Of a stretch of DNA of 64,000 nt, positions 1-11,286 are shown piece after piece. Under the pieces are notes generated by a model, which saw nothing but the letters and a program-made list of their open reading frames with translations, did no database searches and had not been told where the DNA came from. The number at the start of each line of letters is the position of its first letter. Position 1 is the stretch's first letter. The stretch is from Antedon mediterranea (lineage: Eukaryota > Animalia > Echinodermata). Location: assembly GCF_964355755.1 (NCBI RefSeq), contig NC_092671.1, positions 3,410,001-3,474,000 of the forward strand. The letters are read 5' to 3'. The position numbers were made by a program, and so were the translations under genes.

Positions 1-484
1 TGCAACTCATAACATATCGCTTAAGAACGAAAATCATTAGTAGGCTAGTATTAGTAGTATTTCAATTAAAATATGAGACGACAATTCAATCTAGAAAACA
101 CTCGCAACCAGTTTAGATCAGATCCATACGTGACCTATATGTTAAATATGGTATAGCATCGGGCCAATTCGAGTGTACCCAAAGAAAAAAAGTAACGAGG
201 GACGAGATGAGTTAGATATTACAAATGTACAATCTTGAGGGCGACATTACCTTGTTATCTTGTCAATGTCATCACGAAAAGATTGATACTTTGGCGATAA
301 CAATATCGTCATCTATACGCGCGCGTACTAATGAGCTCCGAAGGTCTTTTTTTAAAAGATTTTTTATAAGATAAATATAACACCTTCAATTGCACTTAAC
401 ATATATCGTACTGAAAAAGATTTAATCAGTCGCCGGCGACTGCTACGATATTGTAGATTATATTATTTAATCATTTCGTATCTA

Positions 485-650
485 AAGTTCTGTCTTCTAC
501 ACTAACAAATTTTATGTGACAACAAAATGTGATGTATCCATATATGGACATGATGATGTCATGTCACTACCATATTTGGGCATATCACTACCATATTTGG
601 GCGCATCACACTTTTTTTTGTCAAACTAGTTCGATAGTGTAGACAGAGCT
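485..650. mobile_element. MITE family A (PIF/Harbinger-like, TIR AGCTCTGTCTACACTATCAAAC, TWA target)
   Basis: Terminal inverted repeats flanked by TAA; recurs at about 4187, 14686, 21571, 30740, 45777. Confidence 0.75.
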
Positions 651-911
651 TAACGTAAATCGGAGAACTTGTGTGTTCGTTGTCGAATCAACCAAAATGA
701 AAAGTGTACGTGGTTTTTTGTTGTTTGTACTGTAAACATCCACTTGTTCGGGTAGGTACATTTAGTTCATATTTGTCAAGATACCTTAATGTCTTATCAA
801 CCAAAAGGGGAATTATGCCAAACTTATCACAACAAACACGTGTGTGTAAGAAGCCTTGTTGGACGGTAGTAGTACCCACTGCTTACTTTTCCCCATATCA
901 TCAGCGCAAGA

Positions 912-978
912 TTGGTGGTCTAGAGGTACGAAACGCCATGCTAGTGATCTGGAGGTCGTGGTTTCGAATCCCACTCGA
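912..978 (+). repeat. tRNA-derived SINE head / tRNA-like relic
   Basis: A-box-like TGGTCTAGAGG and B-box-like GTTTCGAATCCC at tRNA spacing; no intact acceptor stem. Confidence 0.45.
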
Positions 979-1700
979 GAATTACAAAAGTCAGAGAAGT
1001 ACAAAAAGTACAAAATTACGTCACAGTAGGGTAAACAGCTGGCCAATTACAACTGTATCATTTCGCTTTTATTTATATTTTACTCGTTACAACTATTTTC
1101 AGTAAATATTTATTAACAGGCAAACCAAAGCACTTTGCCTCTGCCCTCTTTGGTTTCATCCCATCAATTAATTTTCCGATAAATTATTAATACTGTACTT
1201 CCCGTGTTAATTACGTTGTCCTCTGTAATTTGATGTGTTTAGTTGGCATACCCACAAGCACTCTGTCAACCAAACACAATGAGCAATCACTATAGCGAAG
1301 TTGAGACTGCTTGCTCCATTCGGAGTGTGGAAACTGGCGAAATTTGTCGCAAAAACGTGAGCGGAAAGAAAAGGTTCCTAAAATCCTGGCGATCGGATTT
1401 CCTATTCATTGTTCGGTAACGCAATTCAGCATATCAAAATAAAATCATAGATTAGTCAATTTCTATTTATTATAAAAGATTCGAGCGCAAATGAAGCAGA
1501 GGTTAGCTGCAAGCTGTCGCCTGACAATATCGTTACGCATGGAAGCGTTTGTGTATTTTTATGATGAGTCTATAAGTATGGTTTGCTCTCGTGGGGAAAG
1601 TTAAATTTTTAAATGGACAATTCCACAATATGTATATATATTTTACGAGTGTGCTATTTACAGTATAGACGAAGAATCTCAGTGATCGGACAAGAACAAG

Positions 1701-4700
1701 ATGGGACAAAGTGTTGCAAAGGTCCAGCTTGAAGATGGACTGAGAAAATACAGAGCGGGAAACTACGAAGGCGCGATAGGTAAATGGAAAAGTGTGTTAT
1801 CAAAAGTACGTAGCAGCAATGGGCAATTCACGGTCCTCGGTTACCTTGTGTGCGCGTATTTTGAAAATGGAAATTACCGGGAAATGTTGAAATGTGCTAT
1901 TCGACAATTCGACATTGCTGATAAACAAGACATTACCGAAATGAAGGCAGAGGCTTACTTAAACTTAGCCCGAAGCAACGAATGTCTTTGCGAATATTAT
2001 AAGGCGATTTCGTACGCTAGGCACAGTTTAGCCATAATTGTATCTCAGAAAGAAGAGAAATTATTTATAAAGTCGCAGACCCATCTATGTCTTGCCGCTT
2101 CTTACCTAGGATTTGGCGACTTTCAGTCATCGATTAGCAACGCTACTCTAGCTTTAGAACTTGCACGGACTTCTCAGGAAAAAACATTAGAATGTAACGT
2201 TTTTAGTGTGTATGGAGATATTTTTGCTAGCCTGAAAGATTACGAACAATCGTTAGGGTATTACATCCAGGCTCATGAGTTAGTCAGACGATATGGACAG
2301 AAATGGAGCCCCAAGATTCAAATGTGGACGTTGTTGGACTTGGCCGTGCCGTATAGGAAGCTAAAGCGGTTGAACCAGGCAATGGATGCTTGTGAGGTAT
2401 GGTATGACTGGTATATACACTCTGGTATGATTAGACGCGTTTGCGTGTGCATCATGCGTGCGTAAAGTGATGATGCGCTACAATGTTAAAGCATAGAGCT
2501 ATAAAAAGCGCGTACGATTCATCATATGATCATATCATCATATTTCATCAAATGAAATTGATGACATGATCACGGAAATTCTTCTCTGGTGGTATCATAA
2601 AGCGCGTTCGCGTATATACCGTGCGTATTTAAAGTGATGATGTGCCGCAGTGTTAACGCGTTTAGCGCGTATGATTCAGCGTGCAATATGTTGGACGCAC
2701 TGAAATTGATGAGTAGACCAATCGACGCGCGCGTACAAATAACAGTGATCTTACCGGTTATTATATTTCGTAGTGCCTCACACTGTCGGTTATGTGTTTA
2801 ATTTATGTCTAAGTGTACACAATATTTTAAAATATAAATGTCATCATAAAATTAACTAATGGCCTTCAAAAAATTATCTGTGTGAGTCTTCTAATGAGTT
2901 GCGAACGGTGTGAGAATTGATCTGTGTTATGGTGTGCTAGAGGAATGCCTGCCGCCTAAAGGCAAACAGCTAAATAATAATGACATACAGCGTTTGATAA
3001 AAGGTCAAATCCAACCACAATTACAAAATATCATATTTTTATATCCATATTTATATTACTAGGTTTACTGTATTTAAATTCCACAAAGCTAGCTATAGCC
3101 TACATTCGTTTTACAAAGGCAATGAACACACACGTCGGATTATCCGCTTTACGACAACTCGAACCGTCATACTATAATTGCATCTACTGTTTATAAACAA
3201 CGTTGGGCACCTACTTATTTAGTACTTCACGTTACTATAAATATTTTATATCAAATTGAGCACTAATGGTAAAGCATACGAGCCATGACAACTAACGATA
3301 AATAAAATATGTAATAAACGGCATATACATCAGTTATGTGTTTATTGACGCCATAACGAGCCGGCCGACTGAAAATACATAATAATAATAATTTAGTACT
3401 TAGAGGCAAAATATGAGGTGTTCATGAATATAGGAATATCGGGATGTATATTGTAGGGCCTACTTTACAGTAATGCGGTGTAATAATAACTGACGCTGTC
3501 CTGATATGGATGGATCGTACAGAGGGGAAGCCCCTATTTAAGCGAAACTTTCCCGTGAAACGAATGAGGCTCAGTATTTTAACACTACGAGTCCGACCAT
3601 TCAGAGGACACCTATATTAAGGGGACACACTTTGTTGGGTCCCCGAATGTGTTCTCCCCCTTTCTGCTGTGTTTTGATTGCTGTATTTACAACAGTATAT
3701 TTTGGAATGAAATCAGATGTTTTGTTTAATTTATCGGCATAACGGTATTAATGAATTCAAGTAGTAAGCCGTGATAATCTAATCTTAATGCATACATGAT
3801 AAACTACAAGAAACTAGTCCCATATATTAATTTGACTGCGTATTGCTTTTTAATTTACGTATCGTATGTTATGAAGGGTTACGTGACAGCTAAGTTTATT
3901 TATCCGTCAGTTTGATGACATTTCCTAGCTTTCTCCAATCTTCAAGTAAATATAATATACTGTATATTCGTTTGTAGCATGAATACCTAAAGCGTGGTTC
4001 TCACTAGCGACGCAACACAAGGACGTAACGCAACGCAAGTGAATTGACCAATCACAAGCGATGGCTTATTCGCTTGTGATTGCTAACTGTCTATAACTTC
4101 GCTTGTCATTGCGTTTACGTCCTTGCGTTACGTTCTAGTGGGAACCAAGCTTTATCGACGCAACGCAACGATACGTCACTGCGTTAAGCTCTGTCTGCAC
4201 TATCAAAAAAAGTTTGGTGCCAATGTGGTAGTGATATAACATCATCATGTCCATATATGGGCACATCTTTTTTTGTCAAATAAAGTTTGATAGTGTAGAG
4301 AGAGCTTTTTACGTTCTGGTACGAACCTTTATATTGGTTTGTTTCAATCTAACCTTACAGAATTCGTGCGTTATTTACAAACCATAACCTACAATTATTT
4401 TAAACCACATGTCGATGCATTTATAAGACTCACATAAATATATATTTTGTGCTGGTATTGTTCAAAACCTAATTGAATATTGCCTATAAATAATCTTATA
4501 AGAGAAATATTTTAATAATTATTTGTCTGGTTAAATTAATAACATTTTAATGTATACGGTACGCGTAATAAAGATAGGAGGTTGCTTTATTTCGATATAT
4601 CGATATAAAATAGGCCTATATAACAATCACTGAATTGCCTTTAGTGTTATGTTTATCCAGGCCTCCACACAAATGAACTTGGTTCTCCTTGTGGTTACCT

Positions 4701-7700
4701 TCTATTTTGTTGATAGCTATTGTAATATTAACTGGTTCACACTTCTCTATCTAGATTATCGGGGTTTTTTTTGCAATAGCGAATTCCATATACGCCGAGT
4801 TTATGCGATCGACATATCATATGATCATCATTCTGTTTAAATTTGCGTTTACTATAACGCATACATTTATTTTATTACAATAACTAATGGTATGCCTAGA
4901 TTTACATTGAATGTAAACGCCATATTCATGATTTTAATACAGTAATGAAATATTATCGTTTTTGTAAATTCCGTATACGCCGAGTTTCTGCGATCAAGAT
5001 ATCATGATAATCTATTCAAATTCGCATTTATTTTATATAATCATATTCATGATTTAATATAGCCATATACATGTTAAATGTGCATTACCAGAGGGCCAGT
5101 AAGGTATTAGTAATATTTGGATGGCAGAATAAAACTCTACGCCTGGAGTTAATCTTAGAGGATAATGTGTGCATTTATTATTACATTCTGTAGGAGGATG
5201 GATGATTATGATGATGATGATGATGATGAACATAAAGATGATGATGATGATGATGATGATGAAGACAGAGATGATGATGATGAAAACAAAGATGATGATG
5301 ATGATGATGATGAAGACAAAGATGATAATGATGATGAAAAGACAAAGAAGATGATAATGAAGACAAAGATGGTGATGATGATGATAAAGACAAAGAAGAT
5401 GATGATGAAGACAAAGATGGTGATGATGATGATAAAGACAAAGAAGATGATGATGAAGACAAAGATGGTGATGATGATGATAAAGACAAAGAAGATGATG
5501 ATGAAGACAAAGATGGTGATGATGATGATAAAGACAAAGAAGATGATGATGAAGACAAAGATGGTGATGATGATGATAAAGACAAAGAAGATGATGATGA
5601 AGAAGACAAAGATGGTGATGATGATGATGAAGACAAAGAAGATGATGATGAAGAAGACAAAGATGGTGATGATGATGATGAAGACAAAGATGATGATGAT
5701 GAAGACAAAGATGGTGATGATGATGATAAAGACAAAGATGATGATGATGAAGACAAAGATGGTGATGATGATGATAAAGACAAAGAAGATGATGATGAAG
5801 ACAAAGATGGTGATGATGATGATAAAGACAAAGATGATGATGATGAAGACAAAGATGATGATGATGATGATAAAGACAAAGATGATGATGATGAAGACAA
5901 CAACGATGATGATAAAGACAAAGAAGATGATGATGAAGACAAAGATGGTGATGATGATGATAAAGACAAAGATGATGATGATGAAGACAAAGATGATGAT
6001 GATGATGAAGACAACAACGATGATGATAAAGACAAAGATGATGATGATGATGATGATGAAGACAACAACGATGATGATGATGATGATGATGATGAAGACA
6101 ACAACGATGATGATGATGATGATGATGATGTTTATGATGATAAAGACAAAGATGATGATGATGAAGACAACAACGATGATGATGATGATGATGATGATGT
6201 TTATGATGATGAAGACAAAGATGATGATGATGAAGACAAAGGTGATGATAATGATGATAATGATGATAAAAAGACAAAGAAGATGATGATGAAGACCAAG
6301 ATGATGATGATACTAATGATATGTTTCAATGATAATGATGAAATTGGCAGTTAGTGGACGTCAAAATGAGGTTGGTGACTAGGCCCTTAATGTCAACATA
6401 CCTTGTACACACCAACATACATTTATCAGTTAGTAACGTGGCTGTAGATCACGATTCCCATTCAAAATGATTACCTATAGATATCTGATACGTTTCCCGT
6501 ATTGATCCTGCTATACAATGTTTACATTGCCGAACATAAATCAATACAAGAGGAGGTCATAGTTCCTTAATTCTATTTGTTAAAAATGTAGAATATGGGG
6601 ACACTTTCGGGACCCAACAAAGTGTCCTCTTAATAGGGTTGTCTTTTTAAAAAGGTTTGGCCGTTTATCATTATTATCTTCCTGTACTGTTTAGAACTTC
6701 GTTTGAGTATAGTCGCCCTTGTTCCATGCCTTCAGGAGAAAGGGTCCTCTAAGTTTGATTTCAATAGAGGTGTCCATCCCAAAAGAGGAGTTCTACTATA
6801 TTCAATAATTCTATCTAACGTATACTTCGCCAATGTGGAAATGGCGAGATGATATAGTTTGGTCTGTTGTGGTGCTGGGACAGTTTTTTTAAGGTCCATG
6901 CGACAACCGTATCTAAGAACACCTTATTAATATTGTTTTACTCAAATTTATATATTTTCAGGAGGTTTTGAAGATGTCCATTAAACACAACGAACGAATG
7001 GTACAATCACGGTGCCTTTGTATTTTAGCCGATATCCACAGAACGAAAGGAGATTTCCAGGTAAAATGTTTACGGCATAATTAATCTTTTAATAGTCCAG
7101 GACATTTGACCCGGTGGTGGATATCCTATGCGCATGTCTACAAGGAAAGAGTTAAAACAATCAGCATTATGTAATTAATGAAAACATTTTCCGATTTATT
7201 TGTGAGCATGCGCATATGTTTGTTATGCTCTAATGATTAAGTTCGGCGTCGTACATACTATATTTTGTTTATCAAACGAACTTTCTATATTCACTTCACA
7301 TGGACAGAAAATCAATATAAGAAGTCATTTCTTGTAAACTAATTAATGAGCGCGAGTAAAAGGATCCAGTAGAGTGTCATCAACCTTGTAAAATGTATGG
7401 TCATCTTATTCTACCCAATATATAACATTAGTTAATGTTATGTAATTAAATGTTACGAAAATTCTGATTAAAATGGATAGTACATGTATTAAATATGTGT
7501 TTATTAATGGTAGGCTTTCTGTTTTAAAATTTACAATTGAATAATACAAAGTAGACCTACTGATGAAGAGCTAGTTTTGCCCGAAACCTCTGAAAATCTT
7601 TCTGGCGAGTTTACTTTATCGTTTTGCTTATTTTATTTTGTGTTTCCATTGAGATCCAGCCACTGATACCCACAGCATTGCCCCCTTTTTCAGTTATTTC

Positions 7701-8993
7701 CCACAACTATATATGTTATTATACAACACAATTTAACTATTGCACAAAGTAGAAGAAATTCGTCAACAATTATGACATCATTAATTGTTCTGACGTATGC
7801 ATTGCACTATCAATATTTTTATAATAGTATTTCGTATCTTAATTAGGCTTGTTATCCACGGTACGAATCTGCTATTGGGTTCGCTATTGAAGCTAACGAT
7901 AGACATGCGCAGATTCAGATCATATCTGGTATGGCAAAAGCACTATTGCTGACAAAGAAAACTCGAGAGGTGAGTAGACGAAGATATTCTGTATGGTCTG
8001 TCTATATACAATAATATTGACAGTTTAGGGTTGGGGATGCTTTCGGGACCCCAACAAGTGTCCCCTTACTGAGGGTGTGTGAATAGGGCTGGGTTTGCTG
8101 TAGTGTATATATTTTCCCTCGTTCCGTTAGGTGTCCTCTTATGTGTGTCCCCTGAATAGGTATTAGGTATTATATACTGTACTGTATAATACAAACGAGG
8201 ATTTATACTACAACTACAATTTTAATTATATGTACTGTTAAGTATTTCCAAAGTCAACCTATTTCGTTCACAATATATATATATATTGAAAAGGACAATG
8301 AACGTGACACTAGTATTTATCTATTCGCAATTCTAGGCTTTTGAAATGTTCCACCGAGTGCTAGACCTATCAAGAGCAACAGGCAACAAGGTATACTTCT
8401 AATCCACAATTTATGCATTTTTTAAACGTTTTTTGTATGCTTAAGTTACAAATATTATTAAACATATTTATTATTAAAACAAAAATTAGATGTTTATGCT
8501 ACGTTGTCATTGGATATTGATGGAGTTGAACCAACGGCTAAACGACCCTACGTCAGCACACGAACATGCAATCGAGTTTGATAAATGTATTGATGATATG
8601 GAGCTTCGATGTGCGGTCTGTCAGTTGGTAATGGGGGATAAACCCAATGTACTGAGAGTGCTGGTATGCAGTCATGTTTGCCATTCAGCGTAAGTCTAAC
8701 AGTATCTAAAGCTTTGTCTACAAAATAAGTGTGATGTGACATTTGTCTTAAATTTACGACGCACACCGTCGGTGAATTAGTGAAATTTTGTTTACAACAT
8801 TTTGATGAGACGGTTTTTGAGCCTAAAAGCAAATACAACATTTTTGCGTGTCGATATAGAGGGCGCAATCTATAAAATATTTATTTTATAATTTTTTTTT
8901 ACTAGATGCGTACATAAGGAGGTAATCCGGAACAGCCAGCCGTGTCCAAATTGTCTCCGGCCACATCATAAAAGTACTCAAATATACGTATAA
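1701..8993 (+). CDS. RAPSN: Rapsyn homologue (43 kDa acetylcholine-receptor-associated protein; TPR repeats + C-terminal RING-H2), 6 coding exons, 419 aa
   Basis: Exons 1701-2396, 6962-7060, 7847-7969, 8337-8390, 8490-8689, 8906-8993 join in frame through GT-AG introns. N-terminal MGQSVAK (myristoylation-type), TPR segments such as AEAYLNLARSNE and CLCILADIHR, RING-H2 CAVC...CSHVCHSAC...CPNC, as in rapsyn. Confidence 0.92.
3991..4151. mobile_element. MITE family B (TIR AGCTTGGTTCCCACTAG, TWA flanks)
   Basis: Left TAA-AGCGTGGTTCTCACTAG, right CTAGTGGGAACCAAGCT-TTA; related copies or ends at about 9343-9461, 26060-26147, 62545, 62945. Confidence 0.75.
4187..4306. mobile_element. MITE family A copy (internally deleted)
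   Basis: AGCTCTGTCTGCACTATC...GATAGTGTAGAGAGAGCT termini. Confidence 0.7.
5198..6340. repeat. Compound (GAT)n-derived minisatellite, about 1.1 kb, in rapsyn intron 1
   Basis: GAT runs interspersed with GAAGACAAA/AAAGACAAA, higher-order unit of about 42 nt. Confidence 0.95.
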
Positions 8994-9054
8994 TGGCCAT
9001 TATCGATGCATGCAGTTGGAGAAACAAGAAAAACAAATTGTATTACAGTATCAA

Positions 9055-9067
9055 AATAAATTTTATT
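9055..9067. terminator. Back-to-back polyadenylation hexamers for rapsyn (+) and H2A (-)
   Basis: AATAAA at 9055-9060 and TTTATT at 9062-9067, between convergent stop codons at 8993 and 9190. Confidence 0.55.
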
Positions 9068-9189
9068 CAGAATATAAAAATAGACTTAAAAATACATCAA
9101 ACGAAATTATATACAAGTCATGTAATTTATCAAGGTAGCCTAAAATATTGTTATTAAATTATTGCAGCAGACTATTGCGGTTTATATTT

Positions 9190-9967
9190 CTATACAGCTT
9201 GGCTTTCTACGATCCGCTGCTTCGTTGCGGTTTTCTTGGGCAGCAGGACCGATTGAATATTTGGCAACACACCACCCTAGAGAAAAAAAAGAAAAGGTAC
9301 GCTTGTGAATAATTCACGTCTAGCTTTTCAACGTCAAATTTACAATGTTACGTTCCCACTAGAGACGCAAGAGAGGACACAATTTAACGCCAACCGATTT
9401 ATCGAGCTTGTCATTGGTCAATTCGCTAGCGTTTACGTTATTCCGTAGTGGGAAACAAGATTTACCTGAGCGATGGTAACGTCGGCTAAAAGCCGACTCA
9501 ACTCTTCATCGTTACGTATAGCCAGCTGGATATGTCTTGGTACAATACGACTTTTCTTGTTATCACGTGCAGCATTACCAGCCAACTCCAAGATTTCGGC
9601 AGACAAGTACTCCAATATGGCAGCCATGTATACAGCAGCACCACTCCCAATACGTTGACTGAATTTACCTAGTGGCGACACAAAAAAAGTAAAAATACAC
9701 ATCTTTCCAAGAGGGGAAATACCGTACACGTTTCCATACCAAGACCATACCATATTCAGAGTAGGCCTACACCATATAAAAAGAACACTTCACGAATGCG
9801 TCTCCCGTGAGGTTCTACACTATATGAAGGTAATCAAAATGTACGGTACCTTTCCTGAGATACCTAGCGATTCTTCCAACGGGGAACTGTAGGCCTGCTT
9901 TCTGGCTTTTGCTCACATTCTTGACGGCCTTACCAGTTTTTGCACCTTTACTACCTCTTCCAGACAT
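9190..9967 (-). CDS. Intron-containing histone H2A variant, H2A.X-like (C-terminal SQAV), 135 aa
   Basis: Exons 9967-9850, 9668-9466, 9276-9190 (GT-AG, phases 1 and 0) give [136 protein letters not shown]2A signature AGLQFPV present; H2A.X assignment rests on the terminal SQ position. Confidence 0.93.
9343..9461. mobile_element. MITE family B copy in H2A intron 2
   Basis: GTTCCCACTAGAGACGCAA...GCTTGTCATTGGTCAATTC...GTAGTGGGAAACAAGAT matches the 3991-4151 element. Confidence 0.7.
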
Positions 9968-10778
<811 letters not shown>

Positions 10779-11286
10779 GAGTGTCGTGCTAATAATGAAC
10801 TGAATAATATATAAATCAATTGTACAGATTCGCTCACAAAATTTCTTTTTGTATTTTACTTACAATAATAAATTAATGATGAAATAGCCCAGTTTAGTTC
10901 TTGCTATCTTGTCACGCACGAACTTGGTTCAACAATGTTAACGGAACTGGATAGTTAAATCGTGTATATATTTACTTTCTGTTGTTTTATTTACTTAATT
11001 AAATAATAAATTCTCTATAACTTTTTGGTTTTGTTATTTTGATTTTTATGTTTATATACAATGGTTATCAAATTATTTTCCCCGTCGTTTCTCTATTTAT
11101 GTCGTCATTGTACACAGTACAACGATGTTTTTTTTTTATTCCATGCCACACATATCTAATACGATAGGTTGTGTCAACTGTAGTCCTGTTGCTCAATGGT
11201 ATAGGCCTAGACTTCAGGTTGCGGAGCTGAAGCCCTCTGGGATCGAACCCAGGCCTTCGCGGATGTAGGAGCTTGATGTTGCTATT

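Noticed and set aside
912-978. Functional tRNA gene
   Set aside because: B box altered (GTTTCGA) and no complementary acceptor stem; better read as a SINE head. Same applies to 11182-11270 and 20326-20393.
1030-1520. Myogenic E-box enhancer upstream of rapsyn (CAGCTG at about 1037)
   Set aside because: A single 6-mer is expected by chance; no clustering to support it.
5054-6286. Long poly-His, poly-Ser and poly-Met/Lys ORFs in the ORF track
   Set aside because: Stop-free frames are an automatic result of a (GAT)n/(ATC)n satellite inside rapsyn intron 1.
10779-10900. Histone 3' stem-loop
   Set aside because: No 6-bp stem with 4-nt T-rich loop after either histone stop codon.
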